From Candidatus Eremiobacteria bacterium (GTDB lineage Bacteria; Vulcanimicrobiota; Vulcanimicrobiia; Vulcanimicrobiales; Vulcanimicrobiaceae), in NCBI GenBank assembly GCA_963758295.1, contig CAVWUU010000004.1, forward strand, positions 256,001 to 320,000: 64,000 bases of DNA, in the 5' to 3' direction. This document shows positions 10,201 to 18,239 of this stretch, piece by piece; within the stretch, counting starts at the first letter, position 1; every line of letters begins with the position of its first letter. Both the position numbers and the translations under genes were made by a program. Under the pieces are notes generated by a model. That model worked only from the letters and a program-made list of their open reading frames with translations. It ran no database searches and was not told the origin of the DNA.

Positions 10201-11166
10201 TTACGCACTCCTTTGCCGGATCAAGACGGCGTGCCGCACGCGTTCGTACAGCGCGAACGCAGGACGCCGCAGGGAAAGTTCGGTGTACGGAACGGCCGTC
10301 GCGCCGAGATCGTGCTTGAAGCGCGCGACGCCTTCGAGGCCTTCGCTCGCGCCTAAGTTGTACCAATGGACGCCGCGTTCGCACGCATTTCGCAACAACG
10401 CCAAGTTGAGCGCGTTACTCGGACGATATTTTCCATAATCGCGCAGCATTGCCGCGGACCAGAAGAAGAGCTCCTCGGATCCGAAGAAGACGACGCCGCC
10501 GCCGATGGGCTTTCCGTCAAGCAACGCAAACCACAGTTGCGCATCGTCTTGACCGCGCTTCAATACGGCCTCAAGCAATTCAAAGGTGACCGGCGGCTTC
10601 GGAAGCCCCCACCCTTGGCTTGCAATCTTTAGAATATCGAAATAAATGGGCAGGTCACTCGCGCTTGCACGCTCGCAGGCGACTCCGCGCCGCTCCGCTT
10701 GTCCCGCCATGCGGCGCGTAACGCCGCGAATGTTGGAGAGCACGCTCTCGAAGCCGCCGGTGCAATCGATTACGGCCGTTTCGTAGACGTTGCTCGATGC
10801 GCGCGGGGCGCTGAGCGCGGGACCGAGCGGCCAGGGCACGATTCGCAGATGATCGACGCGGCGCGCGATTTCCGCGAGCGCCAAATTGGCACTTTCCTCG
10901 TCCATCAGGCCGCCTTCGGCATCGAGGACGCACGAGTAGCCGCCGAGCGGAAACGCCAGGTGATCCCGCATACGGAAGCGTGAGCGCGACTGCAAGGTCG
11001 GAACGATCGCGGTGCGACCGTTCACTTCCACGCACAAGGCCGCAGGCACCAGAGAAGGCGTTGCATCGGCGATAGCGAGCGCCCACGCGGGCCGCGCGAA
11101 AAATGTCGGAGCGGGATGCTCTTCGTCGTAAGCAAGCCAGTCGGCGATGCTCATCGTGCTAATCAT
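10201..11166 (-). CDS. GNAT-family (FemAB/Acetyltransf_6-like) acyltransferase
   Basis: TRRMAGQAERRGV, YRPSNAL...ACERGVHWYNLG...GVARFKHDLGA motifs typical of EPS-associated GNATs. Confidence 0.8.
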   Translation of the reverse strand: MISTMSIADWLAYDEEHPAPTFFARPAWALAIADATPSLVPAALCVEVNGRTAIVPTLQSRSRFRMRDHLAFPLGGYSCVLDAEGGLMDEESANLALAEIARRVDHLRIVPWPLGPALSAPRASSNVYETAVIDCTGGFESVLSNIRGVTRRMAGQAERRGVACERASASDLPIYFDILKIASQGWGLPKPPVTFELLEAVLKRGQDDAQLWFALLDGKPIGGGVVFFGSEELFFWSAAMLRDYGKYRPSNALNLALLRNACERGVHWYNLGASEGLEGVARFKHDLGATAVPYTELSLRRPAFALYERVRHAVLIRQRSA

Positions 11167-13022
11167 GACGACTCCATTACGAGTTTGCTCCGAGTGTGCT
11201 CTCGCGACGCATTTTCCCAGGCCGCGGCGATTCGCGCGGTGCAGCGAGTGGTCGAATACGTTTCTGCAACGTAGCTTGCCGCTTCGGCTTGCACGGTAAG
11301 TTCGCCGCGCTCGAATCGTTCGAGCAACTGCGAGATCGCTCTCTGGATGTCATCGTACGAGCGAACTTGCGTGGTGAACGGGAAGTCTTGGCTCCACAGG
11401 ACGTGACGGCCGTGGGTAAGCGCCTCGAGCGTCATCAGCGAAAGTCCGTCGTGCTTCGTGAAACGAATCAGCACCGTGGCGCTGCGATAGATGTTTGCGA
11501 GAGAGGCGCACCAACCGAGCCTTATGACGTCGGCTTGCGGCGGTGCGTAGAAGTCTCCACCGCCTACGACCATAAAGCGAACGTTGCGCGCGGCGAAGGC
11601 TCGGATCAAACGTTCGTATTCGCGCCGGCCGTAGAAATCGCCGCGCGTGCGCGGCAAGTACAATAGAACGGTAAAGCGTTCCGGGAGCGGTTCGGGCTGG
11701 CTTGCCGGCAAACGCGGCGGCAGCGGTGCCAACGTCGCGTCGATGCCCAGGCGCCGCAATTCGTCGATCGTCCAATCGACTTCGGCCAAGTTGTGGACGT
11801 GCGGCTGCTGGCAGAAGCGGCGCAGCCGGCGGTCGTTATACAACGCGGTAATGTCGCTGCCGACCCAATGAATCACCCGCGGCTTGCGGAGAACCCGTCC
11901 GAGAAAGTGCACCCACCGGTCACCGATAGGCGAGCCGATGGAGTACCAAACGTCGCAGAAAAACAGCGAAAACATCGACGCGACGACTTCGAGGCGCGCG
12001 CGCGTGCGCAACATCTCGGGAAGCCATCCATAGGGATTGCGCTCCAATTCTTCTATCATCTGGGCGCAGAATAACTCGAGGCCGGAGATTGCGACGCGCT
12101 GCCGTCCTGCTACGCGTTCGCCGAGCCCCGCGACGGCTTCGTCGAGCACGGCCGTGAAGCGTTCGGCGAGCGGTCCGCGTTGAAAGTGCCGGCTGACGTA
12201 GGCGTGGCCTTCGATATTTGGTTCGAGCTCGCCGCGTTCGTGCTCGTCGCGGCGAGCTTTTAAGAGCGCCGCCGCATCGGCGGTACGCGGCGCGGTACCG
12301 ACGTGCGGGAATTCATAGTTCCAAATCACGTGGCGTCCGCGCGCCATCGCTTCCAAAACGAGCATTGACTTTCCGTCGTGCTCGGGAAGGCGCAGTAACA
12401 CCGTGGAGTCGTCGATGCGACGTTCGATGTCGTTTACGTGTCCCAAGAATTCGACATTCGCGGGAGCGATCGGATTGCGTCTGCCGCGACCAACTACGCG
12501 AAAGGGAATTTCCGGAAATTCACGCGCCAGCGAGTAAACGGCCCGCTCGCCGTAAAATGTGCGGCGCGGCTCGGGCAGGTACGTAAGGACGCTAAACTCT
12601 TTCGGCAGCGGCGCGATATGCGGCGCCGGCTGGACGGCCGTGACGGGAACGTACGTCGCTTCGATTCCAAGCTCGCGGAGTTCGTCGACGAGCCACTCAC
12701 CGTCGCACACATTGATGAAGCGATAGCGTTTGATGAGTTCCAGGAGCTGCGGATCGCGCTTGGCCGTCAGAACGTCGCTGCCGGCCCAAACCACGATAAC
12801 CGGAATGTTGCGGCGGCGCGCCACGTCGGCAAGCGCCATGTTCGGACCCGGGCCGCCGAAAGCGACGATGGCGTCGGCCGTCACACAGGCCGCAAGCGCG
12901 CGAATCGTCCCCAAACGCGATGCGGGATAGTAGCGCAAATTCCAGCCGGAAGAGCGTTCGTTTATCAGATTGGACAGAAACTCGCCGTGATAATCGAAGC
13001 CGACGACAACGGCTTTACGCAT
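11163..13022 (-). CDS. Internally duplicated (two-module) GT4-like glycosyltransferase
   Basis: Two homologous halves: WAGSDV/WVGSDI, FSVLTYLP/FTVLLYLP, HDGKSMLVLEAMARGRHVIW/HDGLSLMTLEALTHGRHVLW. Confidence 0.7.
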   Translation of the reverse strand: MRKAVVVGFDYHGEFLSNLINERSSGWNLRYYPASRLGTIRALAACVTADAIVAFGGPGPNMALADVARRRNIPVIVVWAGSDVLTAKRDPQLLELIKRYRFINVCDGEWLVDELRELGIEATYVPVTAVQPAPHIAPLPKEFSVLTYLPEPRRTFYGERAVYSLAREFPEIPFRVVGRGRRNPIAPANVEFLGHVNDIERRIDDSTVLLRLPEHDGKSMLVLEAMARGRHVIWNYEFPHVGTAPRTADAAALLKARRDEHERGELEPNIEGHAYVSRHFQRGPLAERFTAVLDEAVAGLGERVAGRQRVAISGLELFCAQMIEELERNPYGWLPEMLRTRARLEVVASMFSLFFCDVWYSIGSPIGDRWVHFLGRVLRKPRVIHWVGSDITALYNDRRLRRFCQQPHVHNLAEVDWTIDELRRLGIDATLAPLPPRLPASQPEPLPERFTVLLYLPRTRGDFYGRREYERLIRAFAARNVRFMVVGGGDFYAPPQADVIRLGWCASLANIYRSATVLIRFTKHDGLSLMTLEALTHGRHVLWSQDFPFTTQVRSYDDIQRAISQLLERFERGELTVQAEAASYVAETYSTTRCTARIAAAWENASREHTRSKLVMESS

Positions 13023-13551
13023 GCGGTTCCCCGCTCGCGGCCACAAGACGGTCAAGACCGGGCGCATCGAGCGGTCCTACGTTGATGGCGCGCACGACGC
13101 CGTCGCGAACGACGATGGTTTCTGGAATGACTCGTGCTCCGAGAAGGACGTTGGTTTGTCGATTCGGATCGACCATAATAGGATAGCCCAGATTAAATTC
13201 GTGGGCGAAGGCGGTAACGGCGGAAGCCGGTTCGCCTTGATCGATCCCGACGACTTCGATTCCCCGCTTGTGAAACTTCACGGCGGCCCGCGCGATTGTC
13301 GGCGTTTCTTCGCGGCAAGGCGGGCACCACGTGGCAAAGACGTTATAGATCACCGTCCCGTGCATCGGAACGACGTTCACCGGACTCCCGTCCAGTGAAA
13401 CGAGCGAAAGAGCGGGCAGTGGCTCGCCGGCTTTAACGGCGCGCGAGCCGTGGTGGTAGTGCGTCCGAAGAACGAGCGCCGCGATCACGATCGCGCAGAG
13501 CGCGAGCGGCACGAGCGGAAACTTGAACCAACGTCGTCTGGGTTGGACCAT
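13015..13551 (-). CDS. TlpA/ResA-family membrane-anchored thiol-disulfide oxidoreductase
   Basis: N-terminal TM helix; NVFATWCPPCREE; IPET cis-Pro loop. Confidence 0.9.
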   Translation of the reverse strand: MVQPRRRWFKFPLVPLALCAIVIAALVLRTHYHHGSRAVKAGEPLPALSLVSLDGSPVNVVPMHGTVIYNVFATWCPPCREETPTIARAAVKFHKRGIEVVGIDQGEPASAVTAFAHEFNLGYPIMVDPNRQTNVLLGARVIPETIVVRDGVVRAINVGPLDAPGLDRLVAASGEPHA

Positions 13552-13705
13552 GCTCTAGTGATACCAGAGAGCATGGCTCGCTTGACTGCCCTTGATTTCC
13601 CGAACGCGACCGGGCTTTTCGCCGTTTCATGCGGGTCCGCGAGCCTGTAGGGTCTGTTGTAAGCGGTCGATCTCGTGCCGCAGCAAGCATAAAGGATTGG
13701 TGGAA

Positions 13706-14581
13706 ATGAAACGGTTTACTCCAGCGCCGCTGCTCGGCGCATCGGTCATCGCTCTTTGTTCCCTCCTGGCCGCATGCGGCGGCGGCGGCGGCGGTGGCGG
13801 CTCGACGCCACCGGTGAATAGCGGCGGCGGAAACGGCGGAAACGGCGGCGGACCGACGCCCGGCAGCACCGCCACGCCGACCCCCGGCAGTACGGCAACG
13901 CCGACCCCCGGCGCAACCGGTACGATGGCGATCAACGGCACCGGCTTAGCGAACGCGACGGTTGCCTTCACCTGCGGCTGCAACGGTCAAGCGGGCAAAG
14001 TGACGGCCGGCGCTAGCGGCAACTACACGATCAACGTGCCGGCGACCGCTTTCAACGGCTCGGGCACATATACGCCGGCCGGTCACAACTTGATGGTTAT
14101 CGGCTATGCGGGCGGCTCGCACGCCCAAGCGTGGACGATGGAGTTCTTCGGAACGACTCCCTCGCACAATCTGAACCTGAGCGGAAACTCGAGCGGTAAC
14201 ACCTCCGACGAGTTCACGACCGCTGCGGCGCTGTACGTTTATTACGAAACGGCCCAGTACTACAGCGCGCATCCGAGCAGCGACAACACCTACGATATCT
14301 GGAACTTCAATAATATCGCTTCGTTCGAGCAGAGCATGAAAGCGAGCGGCGGCAACAACGCTTCGGAAGTCAAGCTGATTGCCGACATCAAGACCGCGCA
14401 GAGCGCCGGCACCAGCATGTACCCGGTGTTGCCGCAATGGGATCCGAACGGCTCGGTGAGCGGTGCCGGATCGACGCCCAACTCAACGATTGTCAACGAT
14501 ATTCGATCGGTCGCCGGCTCGGGCGATACGAATCTGCCGCAAATTTGCGGTACGAGCTGCAGCGGCGCGCCCACTCCGTAA
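13706..14581 (+). CDS. Secreted lipoprotein of unknown function
   Basis: Lipobox LLAAC plus poly-Gly; TPGSTATP repeats; prealbumin-like segment (ANATVAFTCGC...GNYTINVP); paired Cys. Confidence 0.7.
   Translation: MKRFTPAPLLGASVIALCSLLAACGGGGGGGGSTPPVNSGGGNGGNGGGPTPGSTATPTPGSTATPTPGATGTMAINGTGLANATVAFTCGCNGQAGKVTAGASGNYTINVPATAFNGSGTYTPAGHNLMVIGYAGGSHAQAWTMEFFGTTPSHNLNLSGNSSGNTSDEFTTAAALYVYYETAQYYSAHPSSDNTYDIWNFNNIASFEQSMKASGGNNASEVKLIADIKTAQSAGTSMYPVLPQWDPNGSVSGAGSTPNSTIVNDIRSVAGSGDTNLPQICGTSCSGAPTP
13853..13920 (+). repeat. Coding tandem repeat, about 2.5 copies of a 24-nt unit (PTPGSTAT)
   Basis: ccgacgcccggcagcaccgccacg / ccgacccccggcagtacggcaacg / ccgacccccggcgcaacc. Confidence 0.7.
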
Positions 14582-14591
14582 GCATCCAACC

Positions 14592-14627
14592 TGGCACCAG
14601 GCTCACTGCTATAGGAGCCTGGTGCCA
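14592..14627 (+). terminator. Strong stem-loop without U-tract between lipoprotein and wza
   Basis: 13-bp stem TGGCACCAGGCTC / GAGCCTGGTGCCA, 10-nt loop, outer CATCC/GGATG pairing. Confidence 0.55.
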
Positions 14628-14693
14628 TCGGATGGCGGAAATTGGGCCGCCTGGGTCACCAGCACGGATGAGTATTTTCGTAGGATAGGAGAT

Positions 14694-15575
14694 ATGATGC
14701 GGAAATCTAGCCCGGCGCTCTTCTTGACGCTGGCACTCGCAACGATGGGTGCAACGCCGGTAGCGCAAACGACGATTCACCCCGGAGACCAGCTAAACGT
14801 GCAAGTCTACGGGGATAAAGACCTTACGCAAACGGTGACGGTTCTGCCGGACGGCACGATCGTTTACCCGCTCATCGGCCGCGTACAAGTCGGCGGACAG
14901 AGCGTCAATCAAGCAACAAATACGGTGCGCGACAAACTGCAGAAATATGTCCGGAGTCCTTTCGTGACTATCTCTATCGCGCAGCTGGGCCAGCCGTCGG
15001 TACTGGTACTCGGCGACGTTAAAACGCCCGGCAAATACCAGCTCCGTTCCGACGCACGAGTCACGGACGCTATTGCGGCAGCGGGTGGTATTGCCGATGT
15101 GAACGGGGCTTTGCCGGATGCACGCATCTCGGATCCGCAAGGCGACGTCCAATCGGTGTCCTTGCAAAAATTACTTCATGACGGCGACGTTTCGCTCGAC
15201 CGTGCAATCGGTGAAGGCTCGGTGGTGTACGTGCCTGGGCCGACCCTCTTCAACATCACGGTGACCGGAGCCGTAGATCATCCGGGTGACGTGCAGATCG
15301 CAGAAGGCGATCACCTTTCGGAAGCGATCGCGAAAGCCGGCAATAGTGCCAACGCGAACGCCGATCTGAACAACATGCGCGTGATCCGAACGAATCCCGA
15401 CGGCAGCAGAACGCAGCAGACGATCGATCTGTATAAAGCGTTGGAACGCGGCGACAGCTCCGCCGACATTTCAATGCAAAAAGGCGACGTCATCTACGTT
15501 CCTCAGGTGAAAAAACACAGCGACGCGTTGCAATCGCCGTTGCTTTATCTACTCGGCCGACTCATCATCCCGTAG
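14694..15575 (+). CDS. wza: Polysaccharide export protein (Wza-like, Poly_export plus SLBB domains)
   Basis: IHPGDQLNVQVYG, VLPDGTIVYPLIG, VLGDVKTPG, GAVDHPG, GDVIYVP; SD AGGAG. Confidence 0.88.
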   Translation: MMRKSSPALFLTLALATMGATPVAQTTIHPGDQLNVQVYGDKDLTQTVTVLPDGTIVYPLIGRVQVGGQSVNQATNTVRDKLQKYVRSPFVTISIAQLGQPSVLVLGDVKTPGKYQLRSDARVTDAIAAAGGIADVNGALPDARISDPQGDVQSVSLQKLLHDGDVSLDRAIGEGSVVYVPGPTLFNITVTGAVDHPGDVQIAEGDHLSEAIAKAGNSANANADLNNMRVIRTNPDGSRTQQTIDLYKALERGDSSADISMQKGDVIYVPQVKKHSDALQSPLLYLLGRLIIP

Positions 15576-15585
15576 GAGAATATAC

Positions 15586-17760
15586 GTGCAGGCGATTCCA
15601 GGCGCACAACCGTACGCTCTTCCCGGCGGTGTCGAACCGTCGCCATCGGCGTCGGACCGTCAACGCGAGCTCGCGTCGTTATGGCGAACCATCGTTCGCC
15701 GCCGTGCGACCGTCCTTCGAATCTTCGTCGGATTCGTCGTGTTGATGCTGATCGGCACCCTCGTGTGGCCGAAGCAGTACACGACGGAAATCAAACTCAT
15801 TGCCGGTAACTCTAGTGGAGCGCCCGGCACGGACCAAGGCGCAGACAGCCAGCTGCCGGTGCTCAACGCACTGATCCTTGCCGGCGGCATGCAGAGTTCC
15901 GAAACCTATGCGGAGCTGTTCAAAGAGACGCCGGTCGTGCAGCGAGTGATCTCGCAGCTTCACCTCAACGTGAGCCCGCGCAACCTGCTCGAGCACGTCG
16001 TGGTAAAACCGGTAACGAACACGTCGATCCTTTCGGTGGCCGTAACGTGGCCGGATCGCGCGACTTCGGCGGCAATCGCTAATGCCTTCGGGCAGGCAAT
16101 CGTCGACCGGCAGCGCGACCTCGTGTCGTCGCAAGCGCGCGCGGCGCTCGATTCGTTGAAGACGCAGCTTCCCCAGGCGCAATCGCGCATGAACGACGCG
16201 AACGATAAGCTCGCGTCATTCGAAGCCGACCACCGCATTGCCAACATCGATCAGCAAACGCAGAACACGATCTCCAACATGGCGGCGCTCGATGCGAAGA
16301 TCGGTCAAGTTCAGGCGGATCGCCAGCAGGCGCAGGCACAACTGAGTTCTACGACGTCGCAGATGTCGGGCATGTCGCCTACCATCGTCGGCAGCTCGAC
16401 GACGGCACAAAATCCCGTCGTGGCGCAGTTGCAACAGCAGCTCACGCAGGTTGACGTTCAATTACGTCAAGCCGAGCAAGAGTACACGGATCAGCACCCG
16501 CAAGTCATCGCGCTCAAGGCGCAAGAGCAGCAGTTGAAGGACGCGATCGCGCACCAGCAGCAGACGGTCATTTCGGGCCAGAGCAGCGTGCCGAATCCGG
16601 TCTATCAGCAGCTCGCGCAACAAGCGACGACGTACCGTTCTCAAGTAGCGGCCGATACGGCGCAAGTCGCCGAACTGCAACGTCAAAGCAAGGCGATGGC
16701 ACCGGTTCTCGCAGCGTTGCCGTCGCAGACTGCGCAGCTCGCCGATCTGCAGCGTAATGCCAAAGCCGCGCAAGACGTCTACACCGCACTTCAACAGAAG
16801 TTCGTAAACGCGCAAGTCGCGGAAGAAACCGCACTCTCCGACGTGACGATCACGCAGCCGGCGTTGCCGAGCCAGGCGATCATCCGTCCGAGCCTGCTCC
16901 TCAACTTCGTCATCTCGCTCGTGCTCGGCGCGGTGCTCGGCATCACGGGCGCGCTGATCCTGGATTACCTCGACAACAGCATCAAGGACGAACGCGAAGT
17001 CGAAGAAGAACTTGCGCTGCCGCAACTCGGTGCGATTCCGCTCGTGCAATTGCGTAACGGCGAGCCGATCGTGCCTTGGGTGAAAGCGCTAGCGCTCGAA
17101 TCGTTCCTGCAACTCGTCACGAACATGAAGTACGCGACCGACGTGCAACTACGATCGCTCGCCGTCATCAGCCCGCAACAAGGCGACGGCAAATCGACGA
17201 TCGCCCTCAACATCGCGCTCGCGTTGAACGAGATCGAAGGCCCGGTGCTGCTCGTTGACGGCGATCTGCGGCGTCCATCGCTGCATGCGAAACTGCGCAT
17301 GCCGAACGAACGCGGTCTCTCCGATGTTCTGGTCGGCGCGACCGGTCTGGATGAAGCCGTGCAAGTCGACGAACGCAGCGGATTAGCCGTGCTAACCAGC
17401 GGAACGGCGACGCCGAATCCGATCAAGCTGCTCGAATCGGCCCGGTTTGATACGCTCATGGACGAACTCTACAAACGCTATCAGACGGTCGTCTTTGACG
17501 GCGCGGCGTTGGTCGGCAACGTGGACTCCGCCGTGCTGGCGCGCCGCGTAAGCGGAACGGTGCTTGTCGTGTCGCATGGTTCGACGGATCTCCGCGAGGC
17601 CAGCGGCGCCATGAAACGCCTGCAACGCATGGGAGTGCGCAACGTTCTGGGCTTCGTGCTCAATCGCACGGAACCGCGCCGCGCGGACTACACGCCGTAC
17701 GGCAACGACGTTCCGCGACTTTACTCGGACGATGCGCCCATCGTCGCTGCGACGCAATAG
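15586..17760 (+). CDS. wzc: Wzc-like polysaccharide co-polymerase / BY-kinase
   Basis: Two TM helices flanking a coiled coil (YTDQHPQV); Walker A GDGKST; LLVDGDLRRP; C-terminal tyrosines. Confidence 0.9.
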   Translation: MQAIPGAQPYALPGGVEPSPSASDRQRELASLWRTIVRRRATVLRIFVGFVVLMLIGTLVWPKQYTTEIKLIAGNSSGAPGTDQGADSQLPVLNALILAGGMQSSETYAELFKETPVVQRVISQLHLNVSPRNLLEHVVVKPVTNTSILSVAVTWPDRATSAAIANAFGQAIVDRQRDLVSSQARAALDSLKTQLPQAQSRMNDANDKLASFEADHRIANIDQQTQNTISNMAALDAKIGQVQADRQQAQAQLSSTTSQMSGMSPTIVGSSTTAQNPVVAQLQQQLTQVDVQLRQAEQEYTDQHPQVIALKAQEQQLKDAIAHQQQTVISGQSSVPNPVYQQLAQQATTYRSQVAADTAQVAELQRQSKAMAPVLAALPSQTAQLADLQRNAKAAQDVYTALQQKFVNAQVAEETALSDVTITQPALPSQAIIRPSLLLNFVISLVLGAVLGITGALILDYLDNSIKDEREVEEELALPQLGAIPLVQLRNGEPIVPWVKALALESFLQLVTNMKYATDVQLRSLAVISPQQGDGKSTIALNIALALNEIEGPVLLVDGDLRRPSLHAKLRMPNERGLSDVLVGATGLDEAVQVDERSGLAVLTSGTATPNPIKLLESARFDTLMDELYKRYQTVVFDGAALVGNVDSAVLARRVSGTVLVVSHGSTDLREASGAMKRLQRMGVRNVLGFVLNRTEPRRADYTPYGNDVPRLYSDDAPIVAATQ

Positions 17761-17783
17761 CGTTGTATAACTCGGGCGCAGCA

Positions 17784-18182
17784 ATGTTCGATGCAACGGG
17801 ACGGACGGTGGTCCATCTTATCGAGCCACAACACCTTTTCGTCCCTGCGCTCGTCGACGTATTCACGGAGGCGGGGCTCTTCGTGGACTTCGTCTCCGCG
17901 CAAGTCGATCCGCGAAAATTGCTCGACGATCAGCCGGATCTCGTCTTCCTGGATACCGACTTCATCGACGAGCCTTTGGAAAGCGTCCGGCTTGCGCACG
18001 TCCTCGCGCCCAAAGCGCAGATCTACGTTTATTCGAGCGCGACGAGCGACGCCATTGCGCGGGCGTTCACGGCAGCGGGTGCCGACGTCGTGCTCGAAAA
18101 GTCCGCCGACCGCCGGCAGATCGTGCAAACGCTTCACGACGTGGAACGCAAGCGCCGTCAGCGGCACCTTCACGACACCTAG
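17784..18182 (+). CDS. Stand-alone atypical receiver-domain protein
   Basis: PDLVFLDTD, IYVYSS, AGADVVLEK match the REC fold; no output domain. Confidence 0.7.
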   Translation: MFDATGRTVVHLIEPQHLFVPALVDVFTEAGLFVDFVSAQVDPRKLLDDQPDLVFLDTDFIDEPLESVRLAHVLAPKAQIYVYSSATSDAIARAFTAAGADVVLEKSADRRQIVQTLHDVERKRRQRHLHDT

Positions 18183-18239
18183 CGCCAACGCCGCAGTCCC
18201 AGGCATCGCTAGCGGGGGTGCTGAAATTGAAGCGCTCCC

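Noticed and set aside
13780..13920. GGC runs and 24-nt repeats as CRISPR or contingency repeats
   Set aside because: In-frame Gly and Pro/Thr linker codons with synonymous variation; no spacers or cas genes.
18183..18239. T-box leader for valS
   Set aside because: 57-nt gap with no T-box sequence or terminator.
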